A stretch of DNA of 61,520 bases from an uncultured Anaerolineales bacterium (GCA_964530185.1 CAZHBB010000006.1:1-61520), one strand, 5' to 3'. Counted from the stretch's first letter, positions 1-8,781 are shown. Numbers and translations are program-made. Notes: generated from the sequence alone by a model not told the origin.

Positions 1-363
1 AGACCGCATAAAGAGGGGAAGATAGCCCAGGAAACCGCCTGCCTGCTGAAGGAGCCAAAGGCCGAGACGAGACACGAGGCCCTCGGCCTCGCTCAGTGTG
101 GGCAGCTAGCGTATTTCTCCAGACATAGAACAAAGCGTCCTACAGATAGCCAAATGTGCATTTCCTCAATATGGAGCACCTTATCACCATTACTGCTATT
201 GCAAGTGTACTAAGAGACAGGTATAAACCTGACGGTGAGGCTGGCCGGCATCCGCTACATCTGACTTGCCTCTACTGACGGTCCGACGGATGACTGAGCT
301 TGGGCCTTAGGTGGCCACACTGTTATCTGAGATTTATCCTTGTTTAAGGAGTGTGCATGATTC

Positions 364-1107
364 ATGAGCAACGATGGTAAGTTCTCCCTGTTGAGAAAGA
401 TCCTGAAGGCTTTGGGGTTATCCTCTGAAGCAGTGGACGAGTTGATACAAAGGGTGGTAGATTTGCTGTCCGACCGCGAGGAGAAACCGGCGGACGAGTT
501 TCCTTACCATCTACGAGATGATTTTTTGTCGCCAGCCGAGTACAATTTCTATCTTGTGCTCAACAAAGTGGTGAGTGAGTGGGCAGTTGTCTGCCCCAAG
601 GTATCGCTGGGTGACTTGTTTTACGTTAAGGTCAACGATTACGGTCAGCGGCTGGCGTACAAGAACAAGATAGACCGGAAGCACATTGACTTTCTTCTGT
701 GCGAGCCACAAACAGTTCGGCCACTTGTTGGTATCGAGCTGGATGACAGGAGCCATCAGAGAGAGGATAGGCAGAAGCGAGACGAGTTTGTGGAGAGCGT
801 TTTCGCCGCAGCGAAATTGCCCCTGGTTCGTATACCGGTCCAACGGGCCTATAATGTAAGTGAGCTGAACACCTTGTTGCGGCAGCGTGCTGGGCTGGGC
901 GGCGTGCAGTCAAGCATACCCCAACATTCGACAGAGCGAGAGGTACCAGAGGTTTCACCCCCGACTTGTCCCAAATGTGGCAGCGTAATGGTGCTTCGGA
1001 CAGCGCAAAGAGGCCCAAACCGAGGCCGGCAGTTCTGGGGTTGTTCGAATTATCCACGTTGTCGTGGCGTCCGCGAGTATAAGCCCGCCTCACAGTCGAT
1101 TGAGTGA
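364..1107 (+). CDS. DUF2726-type (PD-(D/E)xK nuclease-like) protein with C-terminal topoisomerase-type C4 zinc ribbon
   Basis: 247-aa ORF. AAGGAG lies 12 nt upstream of the ATG at 364. The core 'HIDFLLCE...VGIELDDRSHQREDRQKRDEFVESVF' resembles DUF2726 / restriction-endonuclease-fold proteins. The C-terminus 'CPKCGSVMVLRTAQRGPNRGRQFWGCSNYPRCRG' is a TopA-type zinc finger. The gene is visibly lower in GC than its surroundings. Confidence 0.7.
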   Translation: MSNDGKFSLLRKILKALGLSSEAVDELIQRVVDLLSDREEKPADEFPYHLRDDFLSPAEYNFYLVLNKVVSEWAVVCPKVSLGDLFYVKVNDYGQRLAYKNKIDRKHIDFLLCEPQTVRPLVGIELDDRSHQREDRQKRDEFVESVFAAAKLPLVRIPVQRAYNVSELNTLLRQRAGLGGVQSSIPQHSTEREVPEVSPPTCPKCGSVMVLRTAQRGPNRGRQFWGCSNYPRCRGVREYKPASQSIE

Positions 1108-1461
1108 GCTTTCTTCTGTGGGGCGGTGGTCGCCTAACTGCCCAGTGGGGCGGTGGCGAATAGCAGGGCCGGGAGGGATGCGGGGCACGGCAAGATACCG
1201 GACCGGGACGATAGCGCCCGCTGCTTCTGAGCCTGGCTCAGGTCTGCGTGCTGTTAAATGGCGTGGGCTCGGGTTGTGGGGACCCCGGGATGCGCGGCCA
1301 ACCCACCTGTTGTCCTGCTCGACGGCGGTTGAGGGCGGCACCACTGTCTGGTCAGGGCGCAGCGTTCACGGCGAGGGCCGCTTTCGAGCGTGCTGAAGTC
1401 GGTGGCGGCGCGGGCTGATGCAGCAATTTCTTCTTTGCACCCGCCCTGGGTTGTACTCCGT

Positions 1462-1490
1462 TTGACAATTCCCAACGTCTGGCCTATACT
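1462..1490 (+). promoter_or_regulatory. Sigma-70-like promoter (TTGACA-17-TATACT)
   Basis: TTGACA at 1462-1467, a 17-nt spacer, then TATACT at 1485-1490. The next convincing start codon on this strand is at 1834, so the leader would be ~340 nt. Confidence 0.45.
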
Positions 1491-1833
1491 GAAAAAAGAC
1501 ACGGGTTCGACTCCATCTGTTTCCACGAAGTGAGCCGGACCCGGATATGATGCGGAGAGTTTCCGTGTTAACAGCTCTGGAGACGGAGTCGGCGGGCTCG
1601 TCTAGGGGCAGGGTAATTATCTGAGCGGTGGCGTTGCTTGCTCTGCTCGCGGTTACCTCGCTGCCCAACAGAGCGGAAATCCTCGGCGGGGTATGCCCGC
1701 CCTCGAACCTCGGCCCCTGAAATGGGGAATGCACACTGCGCCATGCCCGTGCTCGCGGTATTGCACCTGGGCCCCTATCCCTCTCGCGCACCAGTGGGCG
1801 CAACTTCTGGGCTGTCTGAAAGGAGGGGAAGCG

Positions 1834-3168
1834 ATGAAACGGAAAATCTGTGTTGGGCTGGTGCTCTCGGCGATGTTGGTGGTTCTAGGGATGACGCCAT
1901 CCCCGGCGCAGAGCTCACAGGGCACTGCTGGTTGGGCGCTGGGCACTGCGAACACGGCCTCATCCGCCTCAGCCTCGTGGTTCATCAACACGCTGGATGC
2001 CACCAATGATGTCGGCCAACATGTGTCGGTGGCGTTTGCCCCGGACAACGGCCCCACCTACATCAGCTACTATGACGCGACCTACCATGACCTGCGGATG
2101 GCGAAATTCGTTGGCTCTGGCGGCAATTGCGGCCCGGGTAATGCCTGGGCGTGCGAGACGGTGGACAGTGCTGGCGATGTCGGGAGGTACAGCTCGATCG
2201 AGGTGGATCCGACCGACAATTATCCCATCATCGCCTACTACGACGCCAGCAACGGGGCCCTCAAGTTGGCTATTGGCTCCGTCATGGGCTGGATCATCAA
2301 GACCGTTGATGAGCCGCTCCTGGCGAGCGCCGGTTCCTATGCCTCGCTCGCGCTCAGCTCAACGGGCAAGCCGCGCATCGCCTACTATTTCTCCAACCTG
2401 ATGGGGGCCGACAGCCTGTGGTACGCGGAGTATGTGGGCGGGGGAAGCGGGAACTGCGGGGGAAACGACTATCAGTGTGACCCCATCGACAGCGGTGATC
2501 GGGTGGGTAAGTACGCCTCCCTGGCCCTGGATGGCTCTAACCGGCCGCGCATTGCCTACTACGACGGGGGCAACGATGCCCTCATGTACGCAGAGCGGAA
2601 TGGTGGAAGCTGGACGATCCGCAAGATTCTTCCTATTCACGCGGGTCAATATGCCTCACTGTACGTGGACGCCGACCACGGGAACCTCCCGCACATTGCC
2701 CACTATGACAGCACCAATGGCAAGCTGGGGTACGCCGTATATGTGGGGTCAGGGGGCAACTGCGGATTTGACAGTGGCTCTACAACTTTCCTGTGGCAGT
2801 GCGACGAGATCGCGTCCGTGGGAACCGGCACCCACCCCAGGGGCGTGGCATTGGTCGTGGATGGGGCTGCCCACCCGCTCATCGCCTACCAGTCCGGGGG
2901 CTCGGGGCTCAAGGTGGCGCGTCCGGCCGCGGCGCTGGGCCAGCTTATCGGGAACTGTGGCCCCGCCAATCCCTTCTACACCTGGCAGTGCGACATGCTC
3001 AGCCTGGGGATATTGATCGGCCAGGGTGACTTTGTCTCTCTGGCCCTCAACCCTGCCGGGTTGGCGACCATTGCATACTACGGAAATTCAACCGCTACCG
3101 ATGGTGACCTGAAGATCGCCTACCAGCGGCTCCAGGTCTTTCTGCCACTGGCCCTGAGGAACGGATAG
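1834..3168 (+). CDS. Secreted repeat protein, probable ~7-bladed beta-propeller
   Basis: The ORF track starts at 1693. The internal ATG at 1834 follows AGGAGGGG and begins a signal peptide, 'MKRKICVGLVLSAMLVVLGMTPSPAQS'. The body has about seven repeats of 'P(R/I)IAYYD..(N/G).L..A...G'. Alternate repeats carry 'G(S/G)GGNCG...C(D/E)' Cys loops. Confidence 0.75.
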   Translation: MKRKICVGLVLSAMLVVLGMTPSPAQSSQGTAGWALGTANTASSASASWFINTLDATNDVGQHVSVAFAPDNGPTYISYYDATYHDLRMAKFVGSGGNCGPGNAWACETVDSAGDVGRYSSIEVDPTDNYPIIAYYDASNGALKLAIGSVMGWIIKTVDEPLLASAGSYASLALSSTGKPRIAYYFSNLMGADSLWYAEYVGGGSGNCGGNDYQCDPIDSGDRVGKYASLALDGSNRPRIAYYDGGNDALMYAERNGGSWTIRKILPIHAGQYASLYVDADHGNLPHIAHYDSTNGKLGYAVYVGSGGNCGFDSGSTTFLWQCDEIASVGTGTHPRGVALVVDGAAHPLIAYQSGGSGLKVARPAAALGQLIGNCGPANPFYTWQCDMLSLGILIGQGDFVSLALNPAGLATIAYYGNSTATDGDLKIAYQRLQVFLPLALRNG

Positions 3169-3221
3169 GTGGCGGGCGATATGAACAGATGGCTCATGCT
3201 TAAGCTGTTGTTGACAACGCA

Positions 3222-3749
3222 CTAGAACAGGAAGGGGATGAACATCCGGGTTGTCTTTACATACGCTGCATACTCCGGGCCAAACTTCTTCAGATTTATC
3301 GCTTCTTCTGCCCGTGCTGTCCCTACTATAAAGCCTGTCAGCACTACACTCAGTGCTGCTCCGACAAACGACGGCTTCTTGAGAAATACTCCCCATCCTA
3401 GCAGGAGCAGCGAGCTGTACAGGGGATGCCGTATGTAATGGTATGCTCCCACTTTTACCACTCTTGTCGTGTTCTCGATGGCCCCTTTGGGATTGCCAAC
3501 CACGCGCAATAGATAGAATCCATGCAGCGCTAAGATCAATGAGGCAGTCAGTAACACCCACGACACGATCTGTCGCGCCGACAACGGGTCACAGAACCAT
3601 TGGTCCCCGTTGAGCACAACCAGCGCCAATAGTGACTCGAACGCGAGAAAGCGAGGGAGGCTATAGGCGTGCGGGATCTTTGGTGATGGCCTTAACAGCC
3701 ACATCATAGCTCCTGATGCCAGTATGAGAACGACGAGCTTCACTACCAT
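3222..3749 (-). CDS. Isoprenylcysteine carboxyl methyltransferase (ICMT)/PEMT-family membrane methyltransferase
   Basis: 175-aa polytopic membrane protein. It has 'VGAYHYIRHPLYSSLLLLGWGVFL' and a C-terminal 'AEEAINLKKFGPEYAAYVKTTRMFIPFLF', the family-typical RHPxY and EE..L...FG..Y..Y motifs. Confidence 0.75.
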   Translation of the reverse strand: MVVKLVVLILASGAMMWLLRPSPKIPHAYSLPRFLAFESLLALVVLNGDQWFCDPLSARQIVSWVLLTASLILALHGFYLLRVVGNPKGAIENTTRVVKVGAYHYIRHPLYSSLLLLGWGVFLKKPSFVGAALSVVLTGFIVGTARAEEAINLKKFGPEYAAYVKTTRMFIPFLF

Positions 3750-3758
3750 TACACCCTG

Positions 3759-4688
3759 CTACACCCCGCCTGCTGTCATTGCTCCCATAGCGAAGAAGAA
3801 GAAAATCACGACATCCTGCAGGAAGTGAATGAACCAGGCCCAGAAGAACCCCCGGGTCTCAACCATGCTCTTCCCCATCAGCCAGGCGAAGAACCCCGCC
3901 ATCAGCACGCCCGAGAGCCCAGAGGGGACGCCATAGAAGTGCCCAAGTCCGAACAGGACCGCTGTCAGCAGGAGCGCATGTTGTTTGCCCACCGCCGGCA
4001 GCAACTGAGAGAGCAATGCCGCCCGATAGGGCAGCTCTTCATTGAACGCATTGAGCGCTGCAAAGAGTACGACAACGGGGAGTAACGGAAGGGCCCGCAC
4101 AACATCGCTGCCGGATGGGCGGGCACCGATGACCAGGAAGACCAACGTCACCAGAGTGACGATGATCGCCAGCACCCTGCCGAAGTGTGTCCACGGATCA
4201 GGCTGGTTGATACCCAGCCAGCGCACCGGCTCTACGGGGGCATCCAGTTGACCTTTGACGAGGAAGTAATCACGGCGGCTCAGCCCCATGAGGCTGAGCA
4301 CCGCCAACGTGACCAGTGGCACAAGGAGCCTTAACAGGTGGACGCCCAGACTGCTCCAGGCCCAGGAGGCCTGCTCGCTCCCAAACCAGCCCTGCCAGAT
4401 CCTGCTCTCTTCAATCAGCGGACTCACGATGCCGGCTACCACATGGATAACAAGGAGGAGAAGAAAGTAGCCGGACAGGCGTCGAAGGCTTTTCCAGGCC
4501 AGGGTGAGCGCTAGCAGGATCACTAGCGTCACCGAGCGTGCCCATAGGGCCTGCGATGCCTCACCGGAGAACGCCTCGCGCCAGATAATGTCCGGCAACG
4601 AACTCACAAGGAGTGTTCCAATCCAGGCAACGGCGACCAGTCGCTGCCGCCGCGCCTCTGCGAACTCATTAGACTCTTGGGATCTCAT
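3759..4688 (-). CDS. CPBP-family (CAAX/Rce1-like, Abi) intramembrane metalloprotease
   Basis: Three motifs are present: 'NEELPYRAAL' (EExxxR), 'FGLGHF' (FxxxH) and 'WFIHFLQD' (HxxxD/N), in a multi-TM body. The start was moved to the ATG at 4688, preceded by GGAGGAACAAGAGC. The longer ORF reaching 4799 has a non-membrane, Arg-rich extension. Confidence 0.8.
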   Translation of the reverse strand: MRSQESNEFAEARRQRLVAVAWIGTLLVSSLPDIIWREAFSGEASQALWARSVTLVILLALTLAWKSLRRLSGYFLLLLVIHVVAGIVSPLIEESRIWQGWFGSEQASWAWSSLGVHLLRLLVPLVTLAVLSLMGLSRRDYFLVKGQLDAPVEPVRWLGINQPDPWTHFGRVLAIIVTLVTLVFLVIGARPSGSDVVRALPLLPVVVLFAALNAFNEELPYRAALLSQLLPAVGKQHALLLTAVLFGLGHFYGVPSGLSGVLMAGFFAWLMGKSMVETRGFFWAWFIHFLQDVVIFFFFAMGAMTAGGV

Positions 4689-4833
4689 GCTCTTGTTCCT
4701 CCTGTAAGACCGGTGAACCTGGAATGTGCGCCTGATGATGGCATCCGCGGCTTGCGGACAAGAGGGCAGAGCAAGTGCAGGTGAGCCAGCCCGCTGCACG
4801 CGGGTTGGGCAGCGGAATATCTCTGGGGTCAGT

Positions 4834-5259
4834 TCAAGGCTGGGACCATGACTGGAATTGAATGGATTGGGCGAGGAAATCCATCGCCTGCAGACCCAGC
4901 ACGTGACTGACCGGACACTCCCCTGCCTTAGCCCTCTGAATAACTACGTCCACGTTTTCGGGATCGTAAGCTCCCAGAGCATAAACCACTGCGACATAAT
5001 AGGTGTCAAACGGGAACACATATTCTTTATACACATTCTGCAACCCCATGCCAAGTCCAGGGGCAAAGCGAATGAACCCCTTAATGCCATTGACCTCTAT
5101 CATATCGGGCATTGTACCGCGCAGGACAGCGTCCCGATCCTCTTTCGTGGCAAAGATATCGTATTCTGAACCGGTCGCAAAATCATAGGTGGCGTATAGG
5201 AGGTACCCATCGCTCCACCCGGCGCCGTGGTAGAGTCCCTCAAAGCCTATGCTCAACAT
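4834..5259 (-). CDS. Hypothetical protein (start uncertain, possibly a remnant)
   Basis: The C-terminal 140 aa ('MLSIGFEGLYHGAGWSDGYLLYATYDFATGSEYDIF...') have protein-like composition in a lower-GC patch. The upstream part of the 252-aa ORF (to 5592) is Pro/Arg/Ser-rich and looks non-coding. I recognised no family. Confidence 0.3.
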   Translation of the reverse strand: MLSIGFEGLYHGAGWSDGYLLYATYDFATGSEYDIFATKEDRDAVLRGTMPDMIEVNGIKGFIRFAPGLGMGLQNVYKEYVFPFDTYYVAVVYALGAYDPENVDVVIQRAKAGECPVSHVLGLQAMDFLAQSIQFQSWSQP

Positions 5260-5731
5260 CCGCCCTGTTGTGGCCGCCGTCTGTTGGCCGTTCCAATCAG
5301 CGTTGACGAACGGCGCACCCAGCGCAAACCGTGGCGCGGATTCCGCTTTTTCAGAATAGGCTGGGAATCGCCGACTGTCAACCGGAGACGGAGGACGACA
5401 CTGTATCCTTCGCTCGTGAAATATGATGGGCGGTGACGAGGGCACGCGCCAGGTCAAGCGGTTACTCAGAGAGGGCATCAGGTTCTGAGGACTGAACAGC
5501 ACTCCAACGGGTGACGGCCTGATGGACCAGGGCCTGAGCGCCGGTAGTGGAGTGGAGCGCCGATGCCTGGCGTACTCACCGCTGCAGCCCACGGAACAGG
5601 CGTTCCAGGTGGCTGGTGTGCGGAGCGCTGTAGCGGGCCACTCCAGTCAGTATGACAACATCTTGTCGGATAGACAGGCCCAGCGGCTAAGGCGCCAGCC
5701 CCTCGGAAGGGGTGGCTGTCCAGATGAGCAT

Positions 5732-5795
5732 GGACAGCCTGGAAAGGCTGTCCCACAATCACACCAGTATGTAGGACAGGCTTTCTAGCCTGTCC
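5732..5795. repeat. Tandem GGACAG-type hairpin repeats
   Basis: Two hairpins: GGACAGCCT-ggaa-AGGCTGTCC (5732-5753) and GGACAGGCT-ttct-AGCCTGTCC (5774-5795). Half-sites 'ggctgtcc' (~5714) and 'ggacagcg' (~5805) flank them. Confidence 0.6.
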
Positions 5796-6149
5796 ACTCA
5801 CCCAGGACAGCGCCTCCGCTCGCTTATCGGTGCGCCAAAGCCACAGAGAACGGCGGAGTCATTGTCATCAAATTGATCGGGCGCTAAAGATCTCCTCGGC
5901 GGGCTCGGAAGCCTTTTGCTTCCCTCATGGGTCGGGCTGATGTGAAGGGGTATCTCACTCCGGCTGAGTTCAAACTCGCCTATCGTCTCGCTCAGCATCA
6001 GGAGACCTTGACATCCCTTCAAGAACGGTGTAAAAAGTCTTCACTTCTAGGGGACCACTACACTTCGGCAGTTCGCCCGAATTTGCTCCGCCCGTTAAGT
6101 GAAATTGCCCGAGCTCCTTCATGGAAAATCCCAATCGGAGGTGATAAGT

Positions 6150-6476
6150 ATGGCATTCAAAGTACTGTTCCTGGCCCATGCTCCTGATGCGAACAAGGAC
6201 AAACATAGGAGCGCTATCGACACAGGGAAGTATCAGCTCTTCACGGTTGTAGTGAGGAATCAGGCAGAAGCAGTAGAGGTATGCAAGGATTTCGTTGAAA
6301 AGGAGGCCATTGACTCAGTCTTGCTCTGTCCTGGGTTCACGCACAGTGATGTAGCTGAAATCGCAGAAGCAGTCGGGAACAAGGTGGCTGTTTCAGTAGC
6401 GCGGGGCGATGGTCCGAGCAGCAAGGTATCTTTGGCGGCGAGGAAACGAGAAGGGTATTTGAGTCAAAGGGAATAG
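6150..6476 (+). CDS. Small alpha/beta protein, DUF6506-like
   Basis: The ATG at 6150 follows GGAGG. 'MAFKVLFLAHAPDANKDKHRSAIDTG...VVVRNQAEAVEVCKDFVEKEAIDSVLLCPGF...IAEAVGNKVAVSVAR' matches my memory of the DUF6506 pattern. Lower-GC gene. Confidence 0.5.
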   Translation: MAFKVLFLAHAPDANKDKHRSAIDTGKYQLFTVVVRNQAEAVEVCKDFVEKEAIDSVLLCPGFTHSDVAEIAEAVGNKVAVSVARGDGPSSKVSLAARKREGYLSQRE

Positions 6477-6593
6477 CCATCCTCGTTTGGGGATGGGCAT
6501 GGTGCTCAAGGCGCTCTGCCGCGATTTGGAAGCGCGCCCCATCTGCGCTTGCAGCCGACCCGCATCCGCTGGCGCTCCGCCGTGCGGTTGAAG

Positions 6594-6649
6594 CGCGTGC
6601 CGATAGGCGAAACGCTCGCTGGCGCTCGCACCTCGCTTATCGGCACGCG
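6594..6649. repeat. Long GC-rich hairpin (17-bp stem, one mismatch)
   Basis: CGCGTGCCGATAGGCGA (6594-6610) pairs with TCGCTTATCGGCACGCG (6633-6649). A half-copy, 'gctcgcttatcggtgcgcc', occurs at ~5818-5836. Confidence 0.55.
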
Positions 6650-6681
6650 AGTTGTGTGCAACTGTGAAAAGAGATGAAGCC

Positions 6682-7263
6682 ATGCGAGGCATACGAATCG
6701 GGCAGGTCGCTGCCTTCCTTCTTCTCACCTTCGCCCTGTCCTGGGGCTTCGATCTGCTGATTGCCGTCACCATCGGGCATGAAGCTTATCTTGAGCTTGG
6801 CCTGTCGCCGCTGGGCATGTTCTTTCCGGCGTTCGTGGCCCTAATCCTTCGACTCTTTGTCTTCAAGGATAGCCCCGTCCATTTTCGGCGCTACCAAGGA
6901 AAGCCACGCTGGATTCTGTACGGCTTTCTGCTGGTTACAGTGGTCTATGGGATTGTCACGCTCATTGGAGTATTGGTCCAGGGTCAGTCATCGGTCTTCC
7001 GAGGGGTGGGCAATCTGCTGACGACACTGTGGACGCTGCTGGTTTTCTTTGTGGCTGGGCAGAGTAGCAAGGAGGAGCTCGAACAAGCCGGGTTGCAGCT
7101 AGGGGATACAGGCCAGGGTGTGAAACTGGTGTTGGGCATGGTTGTCTTCTTCGCCTTGCAGGCAGGGCTCAACCTGCTGCTAAGGCTGGGGCAATTTCAG
7201 GGCCAGTGCGTGTCCATCTTCAAGAAGAGCACGCCCAACAAGTCGCTGGAGCCGCCCCACTAA
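6682..7263 (+). pseudogene. Truncated CPBP-family protease (N-terminal half only)
   Basis: 'MRGIRIGQVAAFLLLTFALSWGFDLLIA...' is a typical CPBP N-terminal TM region. The ORF ends at 'RLGQFQGQCVSIFKKSTPNKSLEPPH', before any EExxxR, FxxxH or HxxxN motif. I saw no continuation in the other frames of 7264-7400. Confidence 0.45.
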
Positions 7264-7405
7264 TCGAGCATCGCTTTGCTGCCGGTCTTGGTTGTGTGCC
7301 ATGTTCTTGATTGCCGGGCACGTCGTTTCACCGGTGGTCGGCTCAGCTCCGGTCCGATAGCCGGAAGAAGCCTCTCTTACTACCCACCTTACCTTAGGAG
7401 GTTTG

Positions 7406-7900
7406 ATGCAAATGGAACTGAAATACGAGAAGATCACAGAGGAAGACATCCCTGACTTGACCCAGGTTATGACCCGAGCATTTGACGATGATGCCCAGAA
7501 ACATCTCGGTGTGCAAAAGGGCGGGCCGGAGGGCTACGATAACGGGGAGTTCTTCCGGAAGTGGTTGTTTCCTTACGATGACAGTGAAGGATACAAGATC
7601 CTGTTTGAGGATCAGATCATTGGTGGTTTCATTGTCTGGATACTTGAGGATGGGAATAGCATCTTGGGGACAATCTTCGTAGATCCTGCCTGGCAGGATA
7701 AAGGGGTAGGTACTCAGGCATGGGCATTCATCGAGAAAATGTATCCAGATGCCAAGAGTTGGACACTGGGGACGCCGAGCTATGCTACGAAGAACCACCA
7801 TTTCTACGAGAAGTGTGGTTTCATAAAGGTAAGAGAGGAAGAGGCGCCGGACCATCCAGGGACGTCCTTCATCTACCGAAAGATGATGGGGAGCAGGTGA
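7406..7900 (+). CDS. GNAT-family N-acetyltransferase
   Basis: 'GTIFVDPAWQDKGVGTQAWAFIEKMY...NHHFYEKCGFIKV' is a GNAT acetyl-CoA-binding core (Q/RxxGxG/A). AGGAGG lies just upstream. The start is the ATG at 7406 or 7412. Confidence 0.8.
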   Translation: MQMELKYEKITEEDIPDLTQVMTRAFDDDAQKHLGVQKGGPEGYDNGEFFRKWLFPYDDSEGYKILFEDQIIGGFIVWILEDGNSILGTIFVDPAWQDKGVGTQAWAFIEKMYPDAKSWTLGTPSYATKNHHFYEKCGFIKVREEEAPDHPGTSFIYRKMMGSR

Positions 7901-8228
7901 AGTGGGGTAGACTCCTGCTGGATTGGGCAGGGTTCGTTGCCACCGGGCAGCTTCCGCCGTTCGTCATTCAGACAGGCCATCCAACCAGTGTGATATTCGC
8001 CCTGGATCCGTCGCTGGTGGTGCCGGTTCTTGCCTTGGGTGCGATCTGGCTCTAGAAGCGGCACGTGACCCAGGGTGAGCATCCATCCTCTCGCTATCCG
8101 AACCAGGCGGAGGGGCTGGCGGTTGTGCAGCCTGAGGTGTTTGCCGGCCGGTCGTTGTGCGTTGTCCGAAGGGCTGTATAATGGCCCGCGCGGACATGGG
8201 ACGAGGTCGGACCAGGAAAGCGGCGAGG

Positions 8229-8717
8229 ATGAATACAGAGCCTGCACTCTCGGTGCGACGGGCAAAGCTGTCAGACGTCGAGTCAATGGCGGTCTTCCTC
8301 CAAGCCGCCTCGCGGTCCGTCGGGGGGACTGCCCCCTGGGTCACGCCGGAGGACATTGTGGCACGGTTTGGGCAGGTCGGGTTTCTGCTTGCCCTGGAGG
8401 GGGAGGCGATCGTTGGCCTCGCCGGCTGGCAGATTGAGAACCTGGTGGTGCGCGTGACCGATCTCGTGCTCAGGGCCGATGCCGGGGTGGAGGCCGTTGC
8501 CCGGAAGCTGGTCGATGAGATGGAACGCGAAGCTCGGGCTTTGATGGCTGAGGTCGTGCTACTGTTCCTGCCCCATCGGCCCAGTCCAAAGCTGGTGGCG
8601 TTCTTCCGCACTTTGGGATATGAATTGGTGGCTCGTACGGACCTTCGGCCGCTTTGGCGCGACGCAGTCGAGGAGTTCGGCGCTAACGTTGAGCAGGTGA
8701 TGTTCAAACCATTGTAG
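8229..8717 (+). CDS. GNAT-like acetyltransferase-fold protein
   Basis: The internal ATG at 8229 begins 'MNTEPALSVRRAKLSDVESMAVFL...'. It continues 'LALEGEAIVGLAGWQIEN...' and ends 'FFRTLGYELV'. The fold assignment is by pattern only. Confidence 0.5.
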   Translation: MNTEPALSVRRAKLSDVESMAVFLQAASRSVGGTAPWVTPEDIVARFGQVGFLLALEGEAIVGLAGWQIENLVVRVTDLVLRADAGVEAVARKLVDEMEREARALMAEVVLLFLPHRPSPKLVAFFRTLGYELVARTDLRPLWRDAVEEFGANVEQVMFKPL

Positions 8718-8781
8718 GGCTTGCCAGCTTTTATGGAATTGCAAAGCGGGACACGCCCTGGGGTGCATTGGCAATGAATTA

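Noticed and set aside
60-88. Hairpin GGCCGAG...CTCGGCC at the extreme left edge, as a possible terminator of an upstream gene.
   Set aside because: There is no U-tract, and the upstream gene is outside the window, so it cannot be assigned.
1498-1530. tRNA/tmRNA-like 'GGGTTCGACTCC' T-loop motif followed by '...TTTCCACGA'.
   Set aside because: The flanking bases cannot form a T-stem: only 2 of 5 pairs form. No acceptor, anticodon or D arms can be drawn from the upstream sequence. At best it is a decayed fragment. It also overlaps the predicted transcript start of the 1462 promoter.
1064-1803. A stack of overlapping 80-145-aa ORFs in several frames on both strands between the DUF2726 gene and the propeller gene.
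   Set aside because: All are Arg/Pro/Gly/Ala-rich and mutually overlapping, with no RBS and no motif. The region is treated as non-coding or degraded sequence (see the leader finding).
5927-6187. 86-aa plus-strand ORF upstream of, and overlapping, the DUF6506-like gene.
   Set aside because: It has no RBS and overlaps the better-supported start at 6150 in another frame. No motif was recognised. It may be chance in a lower-GC patch.
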